A DNA stretch of 32,000 bases from Zygophlyctis sp. KS116 (Eukaryota; Fungi; Chytridiomycota). Below, piece after piece: positions 23,201 to 32,000 of the stretch. How positions within the stretch are numbered: position 1 is the first letter of the stretch; the number at the start of each line of letters is the position of its first letter. The notes beneath the pieces are model-generated. The model saw only the letters and a list, made by a program, of their open reading frames with translations, was not told the DNA's origin and searched no databases. The stretch is taken from the NCBI GenBank assembly GCA_054661495.1, contig BAAFSQ010000039.1, positions 1 to 32,000 on the forward strand, in the 5' to 3' direction. A program made the position numbers and the translations under genes.

Positions 23201-23719
23201 AATAAGGGATTTCAATACATGAAAACAACCAAAAGTATTCCAGGATTTCACTCTTCATACATCCCATGGACATTAATTCAAGAGGGTGATCTAGTGAACT
23301 GGCCGGTTGGTGTAAAGAGTATTAGACCTTCTGAATTACCAAAATCAGATCAGTTAAAGATATATGAAAATCTGCCTAGTATATATTTCAGCTATGATTC
23401 TCTAAAAAGAATTTCTACTCAAGAAAGACGAAATGATCATCTCTGGAATAGGGGAGTGATTGAACTTAGTAGAGTCTTGAATGAAAAATTACAGGAACAG
23501 TCTCAAGGGGCATCTATCAATGTCCCATGGGACACGTTAAACCCAGGAGATATTATTGGATGGCCTAATAGCGTTGAAATCAGCAGGCCCATGTTCATAG
23601 AGCCTACGGATTTGGAAAAGATTCTTAAAAATGTGCACAACATAGAGTTTACCCCATCATTTATTACAAATATTATACGATCTAGTTCTGCACATCAACA
23701 TCCATTAGGAATTATATGA
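20234..23719 (+). CDS. Putative secreted protein, about 1090 aa, four PW..GD..NWP domains, internally duplicated (family member 2)
   Basis: Start MRYLFNWSLVILSIGA. Introns 20634-20659, 21041-21064, 21196-21224, 22012-22037, 22389-22414, 22543-22571, 22945-22968 and 23100-23128 join all + ORFs into one open frame (3273 nt). Confidence 0.75.
20419..22376 (+). repeat. Direct repeat A (20419-20998) / A' (21797-22376), offset 1378
   Basis: Near-identical 580-bp copies read directly; the identical antisense ORFs 20612-20803 and 21990-22181 confirm it. Confidence 0.95.
20998..23701 (+). repeat. Direct repeat B (20998-21797) / B' (22902-23701), offset 1904
   Basis: 800-bp copies, colinear without indels, including two introns. 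Confidence 0.95.
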
Positions 23720-24028
23720 TATTCTGAAAAAATAACATTGAATTTATTATATACAGATATATGAGAATTTAATTCTGATGGATTAACAGAGTCCACTGAT
23801 CATGTCGTGCTTTGGCCATCATTTTTTACCAAAAGCATTGGATTGATCAATTGATGCTTTTTAGACTGTCACATGGGATGATTATGATTACCCTGATAAG
23901 ATCAGAAAATACTCTGCTTTTTGATTGCAACTTTTCCTGCTGCGATCAAGTTTTTCCTGCTGCGAATCATTTCGTGGCTCAGCCAAAATTAACTTTAAAT
24001 TCAATTAAATTTGATTCAATTGTAAATC

Positions 24029-26005
24029 ATGTTGACGCTATTTGTGATTAGTGCACTGTTAAGTATTTGTCCTGGCAATATTGCAATGGACGCCCAAACT
24101 AATTTGGCAAAAACTTCAAATTCTCCTGAAATTATAGATTCTGTGAAATATCCCCTCAAAAAAGCTCCAACGTCTGATTTATCTCTGACAGGGAATGTAC
24201 ATAAGGACCAGTCTCTTCCGATTGTAGTTCCCGAAGAAGCGGAGAAAGAAAGCATGGGTGGTTCCATCACAAAAAATTGGAAATGGCTTGAAGATATTGT
24301 TGAATCCGAAATAAATGAAGATTTGGCAGAGGAAATGGGACTTAGAAATGACGACCAAAGTTCTCTTAATAGTAATAATGAAGTTGATGATCTGCGATTT
24401 GATTATTTAGAGGAACTAGAAATGGTTTTGGACGATATTGAATTTCTTAATGATGAGAATCGAGGTAAAAGTGATTCACATATGTTGACTGTAACCGACT
24501 CGGAACATAGAAAGTCTAATCCTAAGAGGGTTTCACCGGTTCAACGTAAAGTAAGATGGAATTTGCCTGAAAACCATCAAAAAATAGGTCCTGAAAGATT
24601 AAGAAAAGTATCAATGGACGAATCAAAATATAATCAAGTTGGAAGCGGTGATGAATTGGTGTCAGATTCTAGTAGATCTGTGCAAGATGAGAATTTAGAA
24701 CGTGGAAACACTCGGGAAAAAATTTTATATGATAGTGGAGCATTTCCTGATCTTCCTTTAAACAGTATGTCTTTTGAAATTTATATGTAGATGAAATTAA
24801 TTATCCGGCTAATATCGAAGATTTTCATGAAGATATGCCAAAGATTGCGGATGAAATGCAAGGAGTAGAGTTTGAAGTTGATCCATTCGTCAGAGTCAAA
24901 AACGCTGGGAATAAAGAAATAGAAGATTCAGAAATGTTAATTCTACCAGCACAAACGAGTATTGGACGCATAAGTCCTGAGCAAAGTACTACTCAGCAAG
25001 TTCCTATGGTCAAGAGCCGCGATGAAAGTAGCCCAACACAAGTGAGTGATGACCAGGCGGATGTTATGGAAAATGATGACTCAAATTCAGTTGAAACAGA
25101 TGCTTTGTCTTCTGAAGAATTGAAAAGCCTATCTAACGATTTTAATGATATTCCACTCTTTTCGGATGAAATTCCTTACATATCTCTTTCTGGTATATAT
25201 TAAATAGTTTATGGTATAGATGACATTGAATATCCTACAGATATTGACTACTTTCATAATGATATGCCACAAATTGCTGATCAATTAGAAGGCATAGATT
25301 TAGTAGTTGATCCGTATGTACGCAAAGAAGAGGTAAGTGGTTTTCATCAATAATGCACAGAATAAAACCCCCATATATAAGTCAATTAATGGTAAAGAAA
25401 TGCAAAAAAAAATTAATCGTCACCTTTTCCAAAAGATGATTGATGGCATTAGAATTGTATCAGAGACGGAAAATATAAGACCACATAAATTTGTGAATGT
25501 TCCATGGAAATTTCTTAAACCAGGAGATTTAGTGAATTGGCCGCAAGATGTTCAATATACTCGCATTTTTAAACTAAATGCACAGGACTTGCAAAAAGTA
25601 TACGAAAACCTACACAGTATAAATTTCAGTCATGGTGCTTTATTAAGACTTGCTCATTTTGGTAATAAAGACTTGAAGAGTCCTACCAGTTCTAAGGCTG
25701 CTCCATCGGACAAAAATGCTGATGGATGGGGAATGAAAAGAAATTGGATTTCAAAAGTTCTAAATGGAAAACTCAAAGAGCAAACTAATAGAAAATCTGT
25801 TAATGTTCCATGGAGTTCATTAGTCTCTCAAGATATTGTCGGATGGCCTGAAAACGTCAGATTACAAAGGCCATGGTATATACCGACAAAAGATATACAG
25901 CATATTATTGATCGTTTGCCTCTATTAGAATTTAGTAAACAATTCATTGATGATTACATGGCAACTGTACCAGAAGCTGTTGTGAAAAATGCACGCATGA
26001 ATTAG
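24029..26005 (+). CDS. Putative secreted protein, about 631 aa, two PW..GD..NWP domains (family member 3)
   Basis: Signal-peptide-like MLTLFVISALLSICPGNIA; introns 24765-24790, 25193-25219 and 25333-25360 join the three ORFs in frame; VPWKFLKPGDLVNWP and VPWSSLVSQDIVGWP. Confidence 0.78.
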
Positions 26006-26291
26006 ACTTGCAAAAATACATATTTTATACAAAGGATTATCTGCATTATGGCCTTGATTTCAACTAGCACATTCTCTTACCCTTTTAATAAATTGTGTTG
26101 ACCATTTGATGTGCTAATTGAGAGAATGACATACCGATTATCGATTTGTAACACTAATGCATAGATTCATCCATCTAACTACTCGATGGTTGGACTTAAA
26201 TGTCTGATTCAGAATCAGTTTTGGGATCATCTGATAAAGTACAAAATCAAGAAACATTAAGAATTATAAACAATTTATTATTGAAAGAAAC

Positions 26292-26603
26292 TTATTCTTG
26301 ATCTTCAATGCATGATTGGATATGACCCATCAGATCTCTATTTTGCTCATACAAACTCTTGATGACCCTTTTAGCTTTCATGAGCTCGATCTGTAAGCTT
26401 TTTTGTTTCTAATGTTATGATAAAAATCTTACAGCCAGTACAGCTTCTAATTCCTCTTGTGCAGACTCCAAATTGTTCAATTCAGATGGGATCATTGGCT
26501 CAACCTAGGCCAAGTCACTAATTTGTCTTTACAGGGTTTGACTTTATACATTATACCAGTTATTATAAACTGTCAAAAGGCGTGAGAATGGGCGGTCGCA
26601 CAT
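26292..26603 (-). CDS. Small coiled-coil protein, unknown
   Basis: Missed by ORF track. A 24-nt GTAAGA..TTAG intron joins MIPSELNNLESAQEELEAVLA to KQKSLQIELMKAKRVIKSLYEQNRDLMGHIQSCIEDQE*. The start is either 26495, or 26603 via two more tiny introns. Confidence 0.5.
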
Positions 26604-26632
26604 GATGATGTCACCATTGTGTTTTAATAACA

Positions 26633-27598
26633 ATGGATGCAGTCGATGCTCCAAAGAGAATTGGCATTGATGATTTGGATTTTGTCCGATATGGTCTGTA
26701 TGGATCAATATTTATAGTGGGAATCAATGCTACTCTTTTCCCTTTAGATACAGTTACAACTATCAGAATGGCTACTAATAATTCATGTGAATCAAGGATT
26801 TCAATTTTTAAATTAGTAAAGAATATGTGGAAAAATGAAGGAATTACAAGGTTTTGGAGAGGAGTTTTGCCGACTGTAATTGGGGGATTACCAGGACAAA
26901 TTACATATTATTCAGCTTATGAGATCATGCAAAAATATACTCAAGGTGTAATTCCAGGAGATGGGGATTTTAATGTCTTTGCTAGAGGATTTATATCAGG
27001 AGCAAGCGCTGAACTTGCAGGTGGGCTTTTTTATGTTCCTGCAGATGTTGTAGCTCAAAGACTTCAAGTGCAAAATTGTTTAGGATTTACTCATAATTGT
27101 AGATTGTATAATGGAGCTACAGATATTATTGGGAAAATCCTGAAATTTGAAGGATTTCTTGGATTTTATCGTGGTTATTTGGCTTATTTGGCTGCTTATG
27201 CTCCTGGATCAGCTGTGCAATGGGGATCTTATGAACTCTCAAAGAAAATGCTATATTCTTTATTCAAGATTATTGAAAACACCGACAATACCAAAGAAAT
27301 TTATTACAAGGAGCAGATTGTTAATGCTACTGCTGGTGGATTAGCTGCAGCTTGTGCTGTTTCTACAAATAATCCACTTGAAGTTTTAAGAATTAGACTT
27401 CAGTTGTTAAATTGTTCAAATCCCAAACATGGTCAGTTTATTAAGGAGGGATATATACCATTGTTTATAAAAATGTATACAGAGGAAGGATGGAGAGTAT
27501 TTTATAAAGGAGTTGGAGTTCGACTGTTTATGGCAGTTCCTACTGCTATGTTGGCTATGAGTGGTTATGAAACTGCAAAATCTTGGGCAGTAGATTAA
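26633..27598 (+). CDS. Mitochondrial carrier, SLC25A44-like
   Basis: Three Px[DE]xx[KR] repeats (FPLDTV, VPADVVAQRLQ, NPLEVLRIRLQ); N-terminal DDLD..RY and YAPGSAVQWGSYE recall SLC25A44; intronless. Confidence 0.85.
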   Translation: MDAVDAPKRIGIDDLDFVRYGLYGSIFIVGINATLFPLDTVTTIRMATNNSCESRISIFKLVKNMWKNEGITRFWRGVLPTVIGGLPGQITYYSAYEIMQKYTQGVIPGDGDFNVFARGFISGASAELAGGLFYVPADVVAQRLQVQNCLGFTHNCRLYNGATDIIGKILKFEGFLGFYRGYLAYLAAYAPGSAVQWGSYELSKKMLYSLFKIIENTDNTKEIYYKEQIVNATAGGLAAACAVSTNNPLEVLRIRLQLLNCSNPKHGQFIKEGYIPLFIKMYTEEGWRVFYKGVGVRLFMAVPTAMLAMSGYETAKSWAVD

Positions 27599-27696
27599 AA
27601 TCTTTTCTATTTTTTTCAAGTTTCTATAGAGATGGCAAAATGATGGAGGATTTGTATTCTAAGTGACTGCCTTTTTCATCATTCAACGCCGTCCTA

Positions 27697-29566
27697 TTAA
27701 TGATTTTTTTCTTCAAGCAGGAAAGCTGATTTGCTCTTAATGGTTCTAAATGATAGTGTGGTTGTTTTATCATTGGGGGAAAGGAATTCTGCAGGGTTTG
27801 CTCTGAAAAAAGTTGATTTGTTTCTATTGAAATGGTGACAATTACCTGTATTAATTGCTTTAGCTTTTGATTCAGGGGTGCATGGAATATTCTTGACAAA
27901 AAAGTTTGAAATGAAGTCAGCATGGAGCATAGTTCTAAAATTTAGCAATATCAATAATATACCATTTATAGAAAGACATAAAGTTTCTTGGTTTGCTGAG
28001 GTATAGGAAATGTCATCAATAGTTGCTGATTTCCCTTTATAAGTTTCTACAGGCTGTCTAATTGATAAAACAGACCGAGCTCTTTTCTTAAGAGAAAGTT
28101 CAATTTCTAAATAAGAATTTAATCCAGCAATCAAAGAATCTAACAAATCACAGCAGTATGAATCCATAATTTTAGTGTTTACGTCGATTGATTTTTCCCC
28201 AATAAGATAATGTAGCTCCAAAATTGTTCCTACTGCCCTTCCAAATCCCATTTTCCTGGTATATTTCTTTAGAATTCTATCTTTACAATGTTTTACTAGT
28301 ATATTTAATTTTAAGAATATATTCTGAAGCTTCTTATTGTGAACGTTCAACTGAAATAACCCAATTAGAAGAAGTATATCATTCTTAATTTCATGAGATT
28401 GCATTGAGTTCTCAATCATCGCAAATTTATCCAGCACTGCTATAACAAAGAACATAAAGCAGAAGAAATTTTCCCCGCTTACCAAATGGTTCAAAATTAG
28501 ATCATTTAGATAATTTCTTTCTTGTTCTTGACATGGATAAGTTGACCAGTGTGTGTACATATCCCCCAATCCTGCTTTATGATTCAAAATCTTTAATTTT
28601 TGAAAGGCCATATAGCTTGCAATATTTATATTCTTTGCAGAGACAAAATATTTACATAGTAAACGTTCCATAGAATTGCAAAACTTCTTGACATATTCAG
28701 GCATTGAATAATAAAAGATATTATTACTTGTGTCCAGATTTAAGAATCCGGACTTGATTTTGATATAGATTTGTAATAATTGTAGATATATATTTGTTGA
28801 ATTTACGATTATTCCATCATTTCTAATATATTATCAAGAATGTAGATACAATTCAATCCATTTTAAAATATCTTGCAACTCCTCCAACGACGCTTGAGTT
28901 TTAGATTTTAAAGACAGAATATTAATGTAATCAGATACACATAGATTTAAATTTTTAAATGGGAGTGATAATAACCTTAGTATAATTCGGGAACTTGAAC
29001 TCTTTTGAATAGCTATATTCAATATCCTTCGAAAAATCTTTTCCAGATTACATCTTAAATTAAATAAATAAAGATTACTGACTTATCCAATTCCTTATCC
29101 TTGAATCATCCAGTTCCAAAAAAGCCGTAAATATATTCAGAATATCTATAATTTCATCGTTATATTCCACCAAATGAGCGGTAATCATGGTTTCTATTTT
29201 TTCCAGTAGGATTAATATCAAGTTTGGTGAATTCACTATCATAATTAAACCATTCCTCTGATTTAAGATCTACGAATATTACCGTAGCATAAGCCGCATC
29301 ATTCTTTATATTTAACAGCTGTAATAAGCATTTATAAATAATGCTTCTTCTCTAATTGTCAGTTTTAATTTTAAGATATTCTTGTCCGGACGACCCTGAA
29401 AAGATTTAGGTACCTTTGAGTTACTCTTAAGACATGATATCCAGTGATTAAGAAAATTAGGCTGCAATAATAGTCCTCTTTGAATCGTTTTATCCTTGCA
29501 TATTTCATCAAATTTTAAAAAAGATTCAGATGTGTCCGAACTAAAGAAAATAATGATATCTTCCAT
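27697..29566 (-). CDS. Unknown multi-exon helical protein
   Basis: Three same-strand ORFs (84, 62 and 335 aa) separated by short intron-like AT-rich segments; no motif recognised. Confidence 0.55.
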
Positions 29567-29708
29567 TGAGCGACGTAAGTTTGAGAATGTCCCGATCAGT
29601 AACTAAAATACTTTCAACATGAGCGCAACTATTGGAAAGCTATTAGTAATGGAATTTATAAAGTTTGGACACTCTACAAAAAGATAAATTTGCAATTAGA
29701 AAATTCAA

Positions 29709-31472
29709 ATGCAAAATTTCAAGATGATCAAGTCGTTGATTTGGTTTGGTTTACTAATGCATTCCTCTTTGGCTATGGATATAGACCAGGAATTGCAAAG
29801 ATCCTTCAAGAAATTAAAAATCACCCCTCGACCTCCTTCTGAGTTATCTAAACTTCCTAATGAGGCATTGACGAGGATTGCATCGTTTGGAAAACAGCCA
29901 CTATCTGATTTGATTTCTCTCTATAGAACTATAAATCCTCGAATTGACCCACTTGATATGGAAGCGGATAACCCACTAAGTTACCATGATGCATCAGTTG
30001 ATCATCAGTCTGGATTGTCTGATTGGTTGCGAATGCCTCTCAATTCCCCAAAGAAACAATTTCAGTTAAAGAAATTATTGGAAAATCCAACGGTAGACTT
30101 CAATATTCAAAGGAAATTAAAAGCAATGATAGAAGCTGAGGCTGTTCCGTCTATAGGATTTTGGCCTAATGATCACTTTGATCCAAGGAAAATTGCAAAG
30201 CTAGATCTTGCTATAACTCAAGTTTTTCTACTGGGAGATTTGTATTCATTTAATCTGTTATTAGATAAAGGAGTGATTCCTGATTGGGGGACTCAAGTTG
30301 TGGTCATAAAAGCAGGAAATTTGGAGCTGACTAAGCGTATATTCAAGATAAGGGAGGAGGTTTTTAATACAATAGAGGATGTCCCAAGGTATTATCTTCT
30401 TTATGCGATACCTTCAGGAAATCTAGATCTGGTGAAATATTTGGTTGAAGAAAGAGGAATTCAAGAAATTAATGAGGAAGTCATTTCTGAAACAATAGAA
30501 AAGGGGACTTTAGCAATAATGGAATATTTCATGGAAGAGAAGAGATATATAGTAGATCGATGGATGGATCTTGATATACTACATCTAATCCTTAGCAAAG
30601 CTGCCCGAAAAGGAAACCTGGATATGTTTGAATATTTGCAGAGTTTACAAGAAAATGTGTTTGGAAATAATGAAATTAAAAGATCTCTTTTAAGAGATGT
30701 TTCGGGAAGCGGAAACCTTCCCATGCTGATATATTTGATGATAAATTTCAATAATGTTCAACCTGACATGGAATGCCTATATGCCGCTATTGATAACGGT
30801 GGATTGTTTGTTTTAAAATATCTTGTTCAAATTGTTGGTTTGGTCCCAGATGATGAATGTTTATTACGTGCTTCAAAAAAAGGTTATTTAGTAGCTGTTA
30901 GATATTTACTTCGACCTAAATCCAGCACTTCACATCAATTAGTCCCTAGTTTAGATTGTTTGCAGGAGGCTTCTCATATCGGAAACATTTGGTTGGTGAA
31001 GCTATTTGTCGAAAGTTATGGACTGATTCCGAATTCAGAAACTTTGCAAAATACACTAGAGGTCTTTAATATCGATTTGATCAAATACCTGATTAAAAAA
31101 ACTGGACTTAATCCATCCAATCAATTCTTGAATAAAGCCGCCGAACAAAGAAAATTCAATTTTATCAAATATTTGACTAGTCTTGGTGTCAGAGTCTCTA
31201 GTACAACAATTGAATCTGCGTGTCTTGGAGGAAATATCGAAATAGTAAAATATCTGATAAATCAGAGTGGAATGACTCCAAATCAAGAGTGCCTTAAACA
31301 AGCTGCCATGAGTGGAAATATCAAATTAGTCAAGTTTCTTGTTGAATATTATAGAATCATCCCTGAAGGAGACACTCTGAATTTTATAAAAGATCATGGA
31401 AAATGGAGAGATCATGATTATTCTGAAATATTATCCTACTTGAAATCATATATGAATCTGATGGAAATATAA
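29709..31472 (+). CDS. Putative secreted F-box-like + ankyrin-repeat protein
   Basis: Intronless 587 aa; hydrophobic leader MIKSLIWFGLLMHSSLA; LSKLPNEALTRIASF F-box-like motif; about 12 short ankyrin-like units (A..GNLDLVKYLVE, A..GNIEIVKYLI). Confidence 0.8.
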   Translation: MQNFKMIKSLIWFGLLMHSSLAMDIDQELQRSFKKLKITPRPPSELSKLPNEALTRIASFGKQPLSDLISLYRTINPRIDPLDMEADNPLSYHDASVDHQSGLSDWLRMPLNSPKKQFQLKKLLENPTVDFNIQRKLKAMIEAEAVPSIGFWPNDHFDPRKIAKLDLAITQVFLLGDLYSFNLLLDKGVIPDWGTQVVVIKAGNLELTKRIFKIREEVFNTIEDVPRYYLLYAIPSGNLDLVKYLVEERGIQEINEEVISETIEKGTLAIMEYFMEEKRYIVDRWMDLDILHLILSKAARKGNLDMFEYLQSLQENVFGNNEIKRSLLRDVSGSGNLPMLIYLMINFNNVQPDMECLYAAIDNGGLFVLKYLVQIVGLVPDDECLLRASKKGYLVAVRYLLRPKSSTSHQLVPSLDCLQEASHIGNIWLVKLFVESYGLIPNSETLQNTLEVFNIDLIKYLIKKTGLNPSNQFLNKAAEQRKFNFIKYLTSLGVRVSSTTIESACLGGNIEIVKYLINQSGMTPNQECLKQAAMSGNIKLVKFLVEYYRIIPEGDTLNFIKDHGKWRDHDYSEILSYLKSYMNLMEI

Positions 31473-31662
31473 TAATTGATCTGAAATATGATGATGGCAT
31501 TAATTTCAATAAAATGTAGGGATCAATTTATAATTCTAGAAACAATGTTTTTGTGGGAATTGAGCAAATAGTACTACCGTTTGCTACGCTATTCATGTCT
31601 GAAAATATTATATTCCTTCAATCATAAAAAATAATTGACAGCTCTATTATCAATAAAATCAA

Positions 31663-32000
31663 TCAAATGGAATGAAATGGCAAAAGATTCGCTTCCGTGA
31701 GGAAATTATTAAAAACTCCAGAAACGGCAGCTATTCTGAATGCTCTAAAAGGAGTGATCTCCTTTAGATCATCAACCAAATGCATATATAAACCTGAATG
31801 TGCTGCCAATGCAGCAAATCGGACTTTTAAATCTGTCGAGATCTTTCCCAATGCTCTATTTATCCGTTCTCCTTCAACCGAGTCCAACTTTTCCAAAATA
31901 TATATTATAACCTTTGAAGATTGTAATTTTCCAGTTTGATAGTCTGAAGACACTCTTTCCAAAATCTTAATATCCGGTACAATATGATAATTCTTCATCA
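31663..32000 (-). CDS. 3' end of a gene entering from the window edge, possibly a paralogue of the ankyrin gene
   Basis: ORF open at the edge; KNYHIVPDIKIL resembles the linkers YYRIIPEGDTL and GLVPDDECL of 29709-31472. Confidence 0.45.
   Translation of the reverse strand, partial: MKNYHIVPDIKILERVSSDYQTGKLQSSKVIIYILEKLDSVEGERINRALGKISTDLKVRFAALAAHSGLYMHLVDDLKEITPFRAFRIAAVSGVFNNFLTEANLLPFHSI

Noticed and set aside
20419-23701. Repeats as LTRs or a transposable element
   Set aside because: They contain spliced coding exons of one gene; no TG..CA ends, target-site duplication, or RT/integrase/transposase motifs.
2695-31939. Numerous short antisense or alternate-frame ORFs in the track (e.g. 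2695-2943, 13259-13486, 20612-20803, 30461-30751, 31697-31939)
   Set aside because: Shadow ORFs of real genes with no independent evidence.
1-32000. Alternative genetic code (stop-codon reassignment) as the cause of fragmented ORFs
   Set aside because: The internal stops I examined fall within GT-AG mini-introns; intronless genes read through normally; TAA, TAG and TGA all end genes.
1-32000. CRISPR array, prophage or endogenous giant-virus region
   Set aside because: No repeat-spacer array and no viral hallmark genes; ankyrin repeats alone are not sufficient evidence.

Overview
An AT-rich (roughly 30% GC by eye), extremely gene-dense eukaryotic window in the standard genetic code. Most genes are split by very short GT-AG introns (about 24-35 nt). 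Fungal-type housekeeping genes together with axonemal/IFT genes point to a zoosporic fungus or close relative (chytrid/Rozella-like); this assignment is inference. Conserved block (0.6-19.3 kb): MAD2, MCT1/FabD, TMF1/SGM1 golgin, a run of four flagellar genes (IQCD/DRC10, CCDC151/ODAD3, DYNC2LI1 and a small CATIP-like RIIa/DD-domain gene missed by the ORF track), a C8orf76-like TPR gene, otubain, an ARM-repeat gene, AGC1, FIG4, tRNA-Met and PFDN5. Accessory part: a tandem island (19.4-26.0 kb) of three lineage-specific genes with signal peptides. They are built from a repeated 'PW..GD..NWP' domain and an intron-bounded 'DMPKI.D' module, and carry acidic stretches, NLS-like basic patches, a poly-SIM cluster and an RVxF motif; this is a candidate family of secreted, host-nucleus-targeted effectors. 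Also present: an SLC25A44-like carrier, an unknown gene, a signal-peptide + F-box-like + ankyrin gene, and partial genes at both ends. All gene models were spliced by eye; no database searches were run.
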